From Vibrio alginolyticus NBRC 15630 = ATCC 17749 (GTDB lineage Bacteria; Pseudomonadota; Gammaproteobacteria; Enterobacterales; Vibrionaceae): DNA of 32,000 nucleotides. The translations under genes and the position numbers were made by a program. The notes beneath the pieces are model-generated. The model had not been told where the DNA came from. It worked only from the letters and a program-made list of their open reading frames with translations, and did not search any database. The stretch lies in NCBI RefSeq assembly GCF_000354175.2, contig NC_022359.1, positions 840,001 through 872,000 of the forward strand, in the 5' to 3' direction. Below are positions 1-8,296 of this stretch, one piece after another (positions within the stretch are counted from its first letter, which is position 1; each line of letters starts with the position of its first letter).

Positions 1-286
1 TTTTCCATGTATCACGCAGATTGATGATGGCTTTTTCCATATCAACGAATGCAAAGATCACGGCTAGCACCCAAACCCAGTGCCAGACAAACCCTATCCA
101 GGTCAGCGCAGTGATGAGCCCTATCTGATGATGGTCTTTGCTGTGTGCTTTATTGATAGGCAATTCATGGATTTTCCAAAAGCCGTAACACGCGCCCGCG
201 ACACTCGCAATTAAAACGACAGCAGCGACAACATGTAACGCCGTATCTGCGCCTGTACCGACAAACGGGACACTCAGTAAACTCAT
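1..286 (-). CDS. DUF3302 (YiaW-like) small inner-membrane protein; the C-terminus is cut off by the left window edge
   Basis: This ORF is missing from the supplied track because it runs off the edge. ATG at 286 follows GAGGAG at a good spacing. Translation is MSLLSVPFVGTGADTALHVVAAVVLIASVAGACYGFWKIHELPINKAHSKDHHQIGLITALTWIGFVWHWVWVLAVIF... The segment IHELP..AK..H.H...W......H..W matches the pattern I remember from E. coli YiaW. Confidence 0.6.
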   Translation of the reverse strand, partial: MSLLSVPFVGTGADTALHVVAAVVLIASVAGACYGFWKIHELPINKAHSKDHHQIGLITALTWIGFVWHWVWVLAVIFAFVDMEKAIINLRDTWK

Positions 287-393
287 TAAACACTCCTCTA
301 TCAAACTGTTGGCGTATTGTGATCTGAATTTGATTTGCGGCTTTCTTTGTGACAGATTCAATCACTACAGGATTAAATTTGATGTGATTGGTT

Positions 394-1395
394 ATGAAAA
401 CGGTTCGGTTTATTCGCGCGATGGGCATTCTAAACATGCATAACCTCGCGTTATCTAAATACAATTTGGACTCGGATGAGTTAGGGATCCCAGCATCGGT
501 GTTTCGTAACCCAATGACACTGATCCCGCTAAAAGCCGTTGCGGAATGGTACCGTTGTGTTGAACAAGCCAGTGGTGACCCGGATGTGGTGTTGAGTCTC
601 AGCCGAGGTATTGAACTGCAAAAGCTAGGGCCAGTGGGACGCTGGTTATTCTCCGGCAATGATTTAGCCAGTACCATTCGGCGAGTGAATTATGGTGTGA
701 GCAACCTACAATCAGGGGCGTTTTTTGCTGGCGAACAGTCGGGTAAAATCATCAAATGGACTTACCACAACCCGTTTATAGAAACGTCAGTAAAGGTGCA
801 CGATAGTATCCGCTGTGCGGTATTTATGATTAAGGTGTTACGCGAATTTCTTGGCAAAGATTACCAGCCTTTACGTGTCAAGGTTTCAGGCTCGAGAAAA
901 AATACTGAGCGATACCGGGAATATTTCGGCTGCGAGGTGGAATGGAGTCAGCCAAAAACAGAGATATGGATCCCGGGAGATGACCGACTAGCTTCTCGCC
1001 AAGTGAGCCATCGAGAAGACAGCCGTCTAGCGATGAGTTTTTCCGATTTGGATGATTTGCTTAATATGCCCGACCCAGAAGATGAGTTGAAAGTGATTTA
1101 TGAAGTGGTGAATTACAGCAGCCATTATGGATTGCCAACGTTAGAGCGCGTGTCTTCTCTGCTTGATTTATCTGAACAGCAGTTTCAACGTCGTTTGCAT
1201 AAATTAGGGCTCAATTTTTCGACGGTTTCTGGCTATGTATTGAGTAATATTGCAGCTGGTTTGTTGAGTAAGCGCGTGAGTATTGATGACATTGCCACGC
1301 GCCTTGGTTACACCAATGTGGCGAGCTGCAATCGTATGTTTAAGAAACATCGTGGATTAACGCCCAAGCAGTATATGGGAAGATTAGAGAAGTAG
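394..1395 (+). CDS. AraC family transcriptional regulator with an N-terminal AraC-binding-like domain and a C-terminal HTH
   Basis: The C-terminus LGYTNVASCNRMFKKHRGLTPKQYM is the typical second AraC HTH helix region. The track starts at TTG 388; ATG 394 (MKTVRFI) is the more likely start. It is divergent from the DUF3302 gene. Confidence 0.85.
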   Translation: MKTVRFIRAMGILNMHNLALSKYNLDSDELGIPASVFRNPMTLIPLKAVAEWYRCVEQASGDPDVVLSLSRGIELQKLGPVGRWLFSGNDLASTIRRVNYGVSNLQSGAFFAGEQSGKIIKWTYHNPFIETSVKVHDSIRCAVFMIKVLREFLGKDYQPLRVKVSGSRKNTERYREYFGCEVEWSQPKTEIWIPGDDRLASRQVSHREDSRLAMSFSDLDDLLNMPDPEDELKVIYEVVNYSSHYGLPTLERVSSLLDLSEQQFQRRLHKLGLNFSTVSGYVLSNIAAGLLSKRVSIDDIATRLGYTNVASCNRMFKKHRGLTPKQYMGRLEK

Positions 1396-1430
1396 TGCTC
1401 CACTTATTTCTATGAGTACAAGCAATAAAA

Positions 1431-1461
1431 GCCCTCAAAAAAGTAGAGGGCTTTGTTTTTT
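1431..1461. terminator. Bidirectional intrinsic terminator between the AraC gene and the convergent lipoprotein operon
   Basis: GCCCTC (1431-1436) pairs with GAGGGC (1446-1451) across a 9-nt loop. TTTGTTTTTT follows on the + strand, and an A-run upstream gives a T-run on the - strand. Confidence 0.7.
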
Positions 1462-1485
1462 GTGTGTTGTTGTTTTATGTAATGG

Positions 1486-2184
1486 CTATTTTTTAGGGCG
1501 CCAACTTAGTGCACTTGCAACAGCGCCGATGGCAACTACATCCTTTTTTTGTTCGCTAAGTTCAGGGAGCATCTGTACCGCAATGGTACCGTTCGTCTGC
1601 ACAGCGGCAATTTCTTGTGTGCCTTCCTTAAAGCTATAACCCAATGGAATGTCTACCGCCATCATGGCGTCAGGACTAGTATGTACAGTTTCTACATTAA
1701 AGTGGGTGCTACCAATACGCACTATGCCTGTCTCTTTTTTCTCAAAGCTGATGTCGATGAGAGCCGATTTTGGCTCCATCGCAAACTCACCGACTTTTTT
1801 ACCATCTTGAGTAATGTCACAGGTGTAAGGATCATTCCCACCAAAATCGACGCCCATGTAGTTAACCGACATACCGCCTCCGGTGCAGTTCAAAAGCCAA
1901 GTTTCCCCGCTGTCGATACGAGTCACTTCTGCGCCCATTGAACCTTCTTTGAAAGAGATACGGTTAAACCAACTTGAGTTAGAAGCACTGCGTGAATACT
2001 TGCCTTTGTACTTACCAGCAAAATCAAAATGGCCATCTGCACCGAATCCCCAAAAATCACCGTCGGTTTTGATCAGCATTTCTGGTTGTGCTTTTACGGC
2101 ATCAGTACGATCCATGACGGCTAGGCCACCACAACCAACAAGGAGCAAGGGAGCGAATAGAATAAGTTTCTTCATGTTTTTCAT
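1486..2184 (-). CDS. Hypothetical lipoprotein, 232 aa, apparently beta-rich
   Basis: The N-terminus MKNMKKLILFAPLLLVGCGG is a signal peptide with lipobox LVGC. The start lies 3 nt after the stop of the upstream 513-aa lipoprotein gene, which suggests an operon. I recognise no family. Confidence 0.75.
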   Translation of the reverse strand: MKNMKKLILFAPLLLVGCGGLAVMDRTDAVKAQPEMLIKTDGDFWGFGADGHFDFAGKYKGKYSRSASNSSWFNRISFKEGSMGAEVTRIDSGETWLLNCTGGGMSVNYMGVDFGGNDPYTCDITQDGKKVGEFAMEPKSALIDISFEKKETGIVRIGSTHFNVETVHTSPDAMMAVDIPLGYSFKEGTQEIAAVQTNGTIAVQMLPELSEQKKDVVAIGAVASALSWRPKK

Positions 2185-2187
2185 TGT

Positions 2188-3729
2188 TTATAGCTTGGTT
2201 ACATCTAGGGTTTGGTCGGTGAATTGGATGTTCTGAATGTCGTACAACTCGTCAGTGCCTGTACTCGGGCACTCAACAGAAACGCTCTTTGCTTTAATAA
2301 CAGTACATTCCGCCAGTTTGTGTGGCACGATATAGGTGTTGATACCGCCTTCACCATAAATGCTGTTGTCTTTGCTGTTGCCTTCAAAAGTATTGTTTTG
2401 ATCATTACCGATCACATTCATCGCGTCGCCGCCAATGATCTTCACTTTTGTTAGCCACTGAGATTTGTAGGTGTACGCTTCTATCAAACCGTCTTTGTTG
2501 GGAGCCATACGGAAGGTAGGTACTGTGCCTGGACTTGTCTTTTCTGTGTAGAGCTTGACGCCCGCAGAGTCGATATTCGCGGTATATTGCAAGTATCCGT
2601 GGAATAAGCCACTGATCCAATCAACGGCTTGTGGATCTTGGGTTTGCATTTCTTCACGCGTTAACGCTTGGTAGCCATCTAAACCATGTCCGTTTGCTTT
2701 TGCTACACCCATGTAAGCTTCAAAAGCGGCAGCAAAATATTCGTGGGAATATGAAGGGCCCGTTTGTTTCACACTTTCAGGATCGAAGTCGTCCGATTTC
2801 CAATCGTCCCAGTCATACTGAGTAGGGCGCCACACCGTCGGTTTGCCCGATTGAATATCGTTATAGATGCTTAACGCATGAGCTTGAATGTCATTTTGCA
2901 GTGCCGCAGTCGCCGTGTTAGGTGCAATACCTTGCGCTTGGACCAAGTGTAAAATTTCTTCAAAAGCGGCGTCTCGTTCGGCTTTTTTACCAAGATTGGC
3001 GCAGTAATCGGCAAAATTACTCATGTAATGGCAATCGCCTTCAACTGTCAGTTCTCGATACATTAAAGATTGGCTATTCCTTAGCCAGTTTGGTGTTTCT
3101 TTACTAGTTACTAATGTTGACGCGATAGATGTGACAAGTGTATCCATATCATCTTCGTTAAGTACCATCATGCTTACAACAAACTTTTCTAGAGAACTAG
3201 TATCAAAAGAGTGTGCTAAGCCCGAGCTTGTAACTGCATCGTTCAATTTGCCTTGGCGAATCAGTTCGTTGATAAAGATTTTGGTTAACATCTCATCATT
3301 CTGTTCGTCGTTTTCGGTCAGCATTAGTGTGGCATCACGCTCGGCTAATGTCTTAGCGATACGAGACTTGTCAGCACCGTACTTAGAGTCTGGTTGGTTT
3401 GTGAGAAGGTGTTGGATGATTTTGGCTGCACGAAAGATTTTTTCATTATTCGCACCGTCATCAACAGCCACAATGTGAAATGTATCGTTGTTGTTTGCTT
3501 CGGAAAGGGAGATTTTCACATAGTGGGTGAAGCCCGAATCAGCAGCCACTTTTAACTTGGCCGGAAACTCTGTAGAAACGACAGTTGGGATTGTGACAGT
3601 GCTCAATGTAGGCATTGGTGGTGTTGGAGGTGTCGTTGTCGATGGTTTCGAATTAGATTCACTGCCGCCACAAGCAGTTAGACTTATCGCGCAAAATATG
3701 GCTAAAGGTGTTAATTTGGAATATCTCAT
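2188..3729 (-). CDS. Hypothetical lipoprotein, 513 aa, with a possible lethal-factor-like gluzincin core and C-terminal degenerate RTX-type Ca-binding repeats
   Basis: MRYSKLTPLAIFCAISLTACGGS carries lipobox LTAC, followed by a Pro/Thr-rich linker. Residues 257-261 are EEILH and residues 329-337 are HEYFAAAFE. Residues 432-466 read GGDAMNVIGNDQNNTFEGNSKDNSIYGEGGINTY, a degenerate GGxGxD-type nonapeptide pattern. Confidence 0.8.
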   Translation of the reverse strand: MRYSKLTPLAIFCAISLTACGGSESNSKPSTTTPPTPPMPTLSTVTIPTVVSTEFPAKLKVAADSGFTHYVKISLSEANNNDTFHIVAVDDGANNEKIFRAAKIIQHLLTNQPDSKYGADKSRIAKTLAERDATLMLTENDEQNDEMLTKIFINELIRQGKLNDAVTSSGLAHSFDTSSLEKFVVSMMVLNEDDMDTLVTSIASTLVTSKETPNWLRNSQSLMYRELTVEGDCHYMSNFADYCANLGKKAERDAAFEEILHLVQAQGIAPNTATAALQNDIQAHALSIYNDIQSGKPTVWRPTQYDWDDWKSDDFDPESVKQTGPSYSHEYFAAAFEAYMGVAKANGHGLDGYQALTREEMQTQDPQAVDWISGLFHGYLQYTANIDSAGVKLYTEKTSPGTVPTFRMAPNKDGLIEAYTYKSQWLTKVKIIGGDAMNVIGNDQNNTFEGNSKDNSIYGEGGINTYIVPHKLAECTVIKAKSVSVECPSTGTDELYDIQNIQFTDQTLDVTKL

Positions 3730-3986
3730 TTCATGTTACTCGTAGACTTTATTAGAGCAGGAAACTTAGAAGCAACATAAAGTCCTGTCTATATAAGCAA
3801 ACTAAGTCATATATGTTGATATTGTTTTTGGTAAGACCTATTATTCGATATATTTAAAAATATAGTGGATTTTTATTCCGAATTTTATTTTCTATGTGAA
3901 GCTATATTCTGGTAATGAATAAAACCTCAGGTTATTGCATGGTTTTAGGGGTATAGAATGATTAGGATTATCGTATATGTATGGTT

Positions 3987-4003
3987 TGTAAGCGTATGTA
4001 AGC
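3987..4003 (+). promoter_or_regulatory. Direct repeat TGTAAGC-gta-TGTAAGC, a candidate OmpR-family response-regulator binding site
   Basis: Two identical 7-mers sit 10 bp apart centre to centre, about 90 bp upstream of the response-regulator start, inside the 365-bp AT-rich divergent intergenic region. OmpR/PhoB-family regulators typically bind direct repeats about one helical turn apart. Confidence 0.25.
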
Positions 4004-4094
4004 CTGCGTTTTATTAAAATTATCATTTAAGTAGGTTGCGCAGTATAGGACGAGCGATATACTCCCTCCATCATATTGGTGGAGTAAATGATTC

Positions 4095-4787
4095 ATGGTG
4101 GGTAATACAATCTTACTGGTAGAAGACGACTCAGAGATTGCTCGATTAACCAAAATGTACCTCGAAGCCGAAGGATATACGGTAACTGTCATCGATAACG
4201 GTCAAAATGCATTAGAAACGATTAAGGGGCTCAAGCCGGACCTAGTGCTGTTAGATTTGATGTTACCAGGAAAAAATGGCGCAGAAATATGTCAAGAGGC
4301 GCGTAAGTTTTATCATGGTATTATCATTGTTTTGACTGCGACCGATGATGAAATGAGCGAGGTGAGCTTATTTAAGTTTGGTGCTGATGATTACCTTACC
4401 AAACCGATAAAAGGCAATATCCTTCTCGCCCGTATTGAAGCAGCGTTGCGTCGCTATTGTCGTCAAGTTGATATCGTTGAAGAAGAAAAGCTGAGCCGAT
4501 ATGGCATTAGTCTTTGTCTTCGTCGCTCCCAAGCATTTTATTTGCAAAAAGATATTGGTTTAACGAGTTCTGAGTTTGAAATTTTAGAGCTCCTGATGCT
4601 GAATGTCGATAAGCCAGTATCTCGTGAATCATGTTGCCGTCTTGCCCGAGGCATTGAATACTGTATTACTGATCGTTCGATTGATATGCGTATATCCTCA
4701 CTAAGGAAGAAATTCTCTAAGGCTCATATCCATACGGCTACCATTAAAACCATACGTCACCACGGCTACATGCTGACAGGTAAATGA
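4095..4787 (+). CDS. OmpR/PhoB-family response regulator, RstA-like
   Basis: The receiver motifs are present: LLVEDD, LVLLDLMLPG (phospho-acceptor Asp) and YLTKP. The C-terminal winged helix reads SIDMRISSLRKKF...IKTIRHHGYML. GGAG lies 10 nt upstream of the ATG. Confidence 0.9.
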   Translation: MVGNTILLVEDDSEIARLTKMYLEAEGYTVTVIDNGQNALETIKGLKPDLVLLDLMLPGKNGAEICQEARKFYHGIIIVLTATDDEMSEVSLFKFGADDYLTKPIKGNILLARIEAALRRYCRQVDIVEEEKLSRYGISLCLRRSQAFYLQKDIGLTSSEFEILELLMLNVDKPVSRESCCRLARGIEYCITDRSIDMRISSLRKKFSKAHIHTATIKTIRHHGYMLTGK

Positions 4788-4790
4788 CGC

Positions 4791-6113
4791 ATGTTTTCCC
4801 TGTTTACTCGTCTATATGTGGGGTTAGTAACTGGCCTTGCGCTGACTGTTGCTTTGTTTCTCTTTATGGGGGAAGAGTACATGCGCAAAACAGAAGTCGG
4901 TGTTTTTTTGAGTGACGGTGCTTATTTTGTCGATCAATACATTGAGCAACGAGGCACTCCGGATTCTCTCTACAAGAAGTTAACCGAAAACGGCAAGCAA
5001 GATTTCTTTATCTTTGATTTAACATTGGTTGAAAACTGGGACGGATCACCGCCTTGTCGAGATTGTAATCTGCTGTACCGTATGCAAGGGATACCTGTTT
5101 ATCTTATTGATGGCAGTACCTATGCTGCGGTATTCCCTTTGCCTAACACTTCGAAGAGTTTAGTTTTCAAAGAAAAAACGGATTTCTTTAGCCCACACGT
5201 TGATTGGAATGAAGATTCTGAGATTGTATTTATACTTACTCTACTTTTGGTTGTTGTATGCAGTTTAGGCATTATGGTTTACATACCTGTACGACGTCTT
5301 GACCGCCAAATTCGGCAACTAACGGCTGCGCAACAACAATTTGGTTCTGGTGAGTTGAATACGCGAGTCGAGCTAAAGCAATTTTCGCAACCCGTGAAAG
5401 AGCTCGCCCAAGGCTTCAACTGCATGTCTGAAGAGATTGAGAGACGAGTGCGCCAAACACACATCTTTACTCAAGCTATTCCTCATGAAGTGCGCACTCC
5501 GCTGAGTCGTATTCAGCTAGCGACGGATTTAGCTCGACGCACGAGTGGTGAAATGCAGGCAGAGTTACATGACGATATTGAACGATACGTTGATGTAGTG
5601 ACGGATTTAACATCCGACATCGTCATGCTGTCTCGCTTGAGTGTGAAAAACCACTCATGGATCGATTCTGTTGAAACCATGGAACTGCCACTTTGGTGTA
5701 AAAGCCGCATGAATTACCTAGGCTTAGAGTCCGCCATGTTGAGAGCAGAAAATGAACTCGCGAACCAATTGATTCACTTTCAGCCTACTTTGGGTAACCT
5801 CGTCCTCGATAATTTACTGCAAAACGCCAAGCGTTACGGTGAGTCCTGCGTTGAGGTGACGATTCGAACGGTAGCGGATTGCTGGAGCATCGATATTGAG
5901 GACGATGGTCCGGGCATCCCTGAGGCGATGCGAGAAGAAGTATTTATGCCATTTTCGCGCTTAGACAAAAGCCGCAACGCCGACATGAAAGGCTTTGGTT
6001 TAGGGCTTGCCATCGCTACCAGTGCAGCGCGGCAACTGGGGTGGGAGCTTTCTGTCGGCGAGAGTCACTTAGGCGGCGCACGTTTTACGGTGCTTATTCC
6101 TGCCAACGGTTAG
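4791..6113 (+). CDS. Two-component sensor histidine kinase, RstB-like, with two TM helices, HAMP, HisKA and HATPase domains
   Basis: H-box IPHEVRTPLSRI, N-box DNLLQNAKRY, G1 DDGPGI, G2 GFGLGLAI. QFGSGELNTRV and HLGGARFTVLIP resemble E. coli RstB as I remember it. The gene starts 4 nt after the response-regulator stop. Confidence 0.9.
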   Translation: MFSLFTRLYVGLVTGLALTVALFLFMGEEYMRKTEVGVFLSDGAYFVDQYIEQRGTPDSLYKKLTENGKQDFFIFDLTLVENWDGSPPCRDCNLLYRMQGIPVYLIDGSTYAAVFPLPNTSKSLVFKEKTDFFSPHVDWNEDSEIVFILTLLLVVVCSLGIMVYIPVRRLDRQIRQLTAAQQQFGSGELNTRVELKQFSQPVKELAQGFNCMSEEIERRVRQTHIFTQAIPHEVRTPLSRIQLATDLARRTSGEMQAELHDDIERYVDVVTDLTSDIVMLSRLSVKNHSWIDSVETMELPLWCKSRMNYLGLESAMLRAENELANQLIHFQPTLGNLVLDNLLQNAKRYGESCVEVTIRTVADCWSIDIEDDGPGIPEAMREEVFMPFSRLDKSRNADMKGFGLGLAIATSAARQLGWELSVGESHLGGARFTVLIPANG

Positions 6114-6750
6114 AGTAGGCACTGCGGTAGTCTGGCTCTGCGATACCTTCATACAAATCGTCACAAGCTTGCAGCGGACCTACGACGGTTCGGTAGGGTA
6201 GGACACCTGCCCAAACAGGGATGTCCATGTCTTCCGCATCGTCGTTGACGCCAAAATTGCTGATTTTCACTGATGCTTCTAGGAGTGGAATACGCAGCAG
6301 CATGGTGGCTTTGAGTTCTTTTTCATTACTCAAACGGACTTGTTCTGTTCTCCCCGGAGCGATCTGTTCAATAAAGTGATTCAGCAACCTGTCTTTCTCT
6401 TGGTTATCTTCCACCATCTCAAACTGGCCAAAGACCACAACACTGCGATAATGCGCACTGTGGTGAAACGCACTTCGAGCCAATACCCAACCATCAAACA
6501 AAGTAAAGGTTAAGCACGTTTGCACTCCTTGTTTGAGTGAGCGTAATAGTCGACTGTTGTTGGCACCATGGATATACACGTAATCATCGACACGCCATGC
6601 CAGCATAGGGATGACCACAGGGCCTGACTCGTTGGTTATCGCAATATGAGCGATTAGGCTTTCATCTATGATGGCGTGCAGTTTGCTAACATCAGAGGCA
6701 GCTTTATGTGCGCCTTTCTTAATTTCCGTTCTATTGGTGTTGGATAGCAT
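6094..6750 (-). CDS. Pyridoxamine 5'-phosphate oxidase family (Pyridox_ox_2-type) FMN-binding protein
   Basis: NTNRTEIKKGAHKAASD...LIAHIAITNESGPVVIPMLAWRVDDYVYIHGANNSRLLRSL matches the N-terminal pattern of this family. I prefer ATG 6750 because it follows AAGGAG; the track start at 6807 is 19 codons upstream. The 3' end overlaps the kinase gene by 20 bp in convergent orientation. Confidence 0.8.
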   Translation of the reverse strand: MLSNTNRTEIKKGAHKAASDVSKLHAIIDESLIAHIAITNESGPVVIPMLAWRVDDYVYIHGANNSRLLRSLKQGVQTCLTFTLFDGWVLARSAFHHSAHYRSVVVFGQFEMVEDNQEKDRLLNHFIEQIAPGRTEQVRLSNEKELKATMLLRIPLLEASVKISNFGVNDDAEDMDIPVWAGVLPYRTVVGPLQACDDLYEGIAEPDYRSAYSNRWQE

Positions 6751-6813
6751 TTTCTCTCCTTGCTTGCTCACGATTACGAGCGATTTATCCTCATTCTTTG
6801 ATTGCAATGTAGC

Positions 6814-6849
6814 GTTTAACTGGTAGCTTAAAGAGAGCCAGTTTTAACT
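6814..6849. promoter_or_regulatory. Candidate MocR operator: repeated GTTTAACT / GTTTTAACT with an internal AACTGG/CCAGTT inverted pair
   Basis: GTTTAACTGG (6814-6823) and CCAGTTTTAAC (6838-6848) lie in the 100-bp divergent region between the PNPOx-like gene and the MocR gene. MocR/GabR/PdxR regulators are known to bind repeats in such divergent promoters. Confidence 0.3.
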
Positions 6850-6850
6850 A

Positions 6851-8296
6851 ATGGATGGATCCAGTTTGTCTTTGATTGATATCGGTGACCTGCATTTAAA
6901 AGACAGTGATGGAACGCGTCAGCAAGCGTTGTTTTTTGCTATTCGCAAGAAAATTGTTCAAGGACTGTGGATGAAGAATGGGAAGCTGCCTTCTACGCGG
7001 AAGCTTTCACAAGAGCTTAATCTAAGTAGGAATACCGTGATTTCTGCCTACGAACAGTTAGTGGCGGAAGGGTACTTGAACAGCCAAAAAGGTTCTGGTT
7101 TTTATGTTGCCGTAGAACTGCCAGAGCAGTACTTGCCTGAACCTAGTTCAGTTCAGAGAGACTCATCACCGAAAGCTCACTTTGATATCAACCGCGCATT
7201 TGCACCGGGTGTGCCGGATTTGGACGCATTTCCGATGGCGCAATGGCAAAAGTTACTCACTCGCCATATGTCTCGTACTTGCTTGTTGGGGAATCAAGAT
7301 ATTCAGGGTAGTTGGGCATTGCGCTGTGCTTTAGCTGACTACCTCGCATCAAGCCGTTCAGTGAATTGTTCTCCAGAGCGCATTATTATTACCTCTGGGG
7401 CGCAGCAAGCGTTGTCAATTGCGACGATGGTAGTGCTCAAACAAGGTGATAAGGTTCTGATGGAGCAACCAGGTTACGCGCAAATGCGGAAGTTGATTCA
7501 GTTCCAAAACTATCAATTTGAGCCTTTGTTCGTAAGAGAGAAATTAGGTTTTGATGTGGAAGCGGTGACCTCAAGCGATGCCGATGCTCTGTATATTACA
7601 CCAAGTAATCAATATCCGATGGGCACCACACTCAATACCGAGCAAAGAGGAAAGATCATCAACTGGGCGGTCGAACAATCAAGTTGGATCATCGAGGACG
7701 ATTATGACAGCGAATTTCAGTTTGCTCATCGTCCCTATACCAGTTTACAGGGGCTAGCAGCTCAAATGGGTCGAGATGATCGCGTGTTGTATGTGGGTTC
7801 CTTCAGTAAAGTGATGTTTAACGGATTGCGGCTTGGCTACCTTGTAGTTCCTGAACGTTTAGTAGAGCAATGCTTAGTGGTTAAGGATGCGTTAAGTGGT
7901 GATTCGCCGACGCATACACAAGAAGCATTGGCAGACTTTATTACTGAAGGTGGGTTATTACGTCATATTCGAAAAATGCGTCGACTCTACAAAACTAAGC
8001 ATGAACAGATGCATGTATCCATTCAACAGCATTTTGGCGACCATGTTTGCGTCGTTAGCCAAGCGGCGGGGCTTCATGTTACGTTGAAATGGCAAGACGG
8101 TATGGATGAGCAGCGTTTTATAAAACTAGCAGAGCATGAAGGGATCATCTTGCGACCTTTGAGCTATTATGAACACCCAGATTTTCAAGCACGTCACTGG
8201 CATGGTGCCGTGCTTGGTTACGGCAATATCGCGTTAGAGAACATAGACGCTGGTATCCAACGTTTAGCTCACATATTTCGAAATGGGAAGCGATGA
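6851..8296 (+). CDS. MocR/PdxR-type regulator: GntR-family wHTH fused to a PLP-dependent aminotransferase-like domain
   Basis: The N-terminus LPSTRKLSQELNLSRNTVISAYEQLVAEGYL is a GntR HTH. The C-terminal fold-type-I region contains YVGSFSKVMF, which holds the PLP lysine motif SxSK. Confidence 0.9.
   Translation: MDGSSLSLIDIGDLHLKDSDGTRQQALFFAIRKKIVQGLWMKNGKLPSTRKLSQELNLSRNTVISAYEQLVAEGYLNSQKGSGFYVAVELPEQYLPEPSSVQRDSSPKAHFDINRAFAPGVPDLDAFPMAQWQKLLTRHMSRTCLLGNQDIQGSWALRCALADYLASSRSVNCSPERIIITSGAQQALSIATMVVLKQGDKVLMEQPGYAQMRKLIQFQNYQFEPLFVREKLGFDVEAVTSSDADALYITPSNQYPMGTTLNTEQRGKIINWAVEQSSWIIEDDYDSEFQFAHRPYTSLQGLAAQMGRDDRVLYVGSFSKVMFNGLRLGYLVVPERLVEQCLVVKDALSGDSPTHTQEALADFITEGGLLRHIRKMRRLYKTKHEQMHVSIQQHFGDHVCVVSQAAGLHVTLKWQDGMDEQRFIKLAEHEGIILRPLSYYEHPDFQARHWHGAVLGYGNIALENIDAGIQRLAHIFRNGKR

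Noticed and set aside
165-677. 170-aa - strand ORF from the track
   Set aside because: It overlaps both the AraC gene on the + strand and the DUF3302 gene in another frame. Its composition is Cys/Arg-rich and non-protein-like, and no RBS is visible. It is most likely a shadow ORF.
1549-2236. + strand ORFs (130 aa and 117 aa) inside the 232-aa lipoprotein gene, and similar antisense ORFs inside other long genes (for example 2631-3478, 13605-13958, 9138-9638, 26198-26404)
   Set aside because: All are fully embedded antisense to genes with strong motif support, and they lack RBSs. They are typical shadow ORFs.
4059-4086. Hairpin TACTCC...GGAGTA that could sequester the response-regulator Shine-Dalgarno sequence
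   Set aside because: The stem is only 5-6 bp, with alternative registers and a long loop. That is too weak to claim translational control without conservation data.
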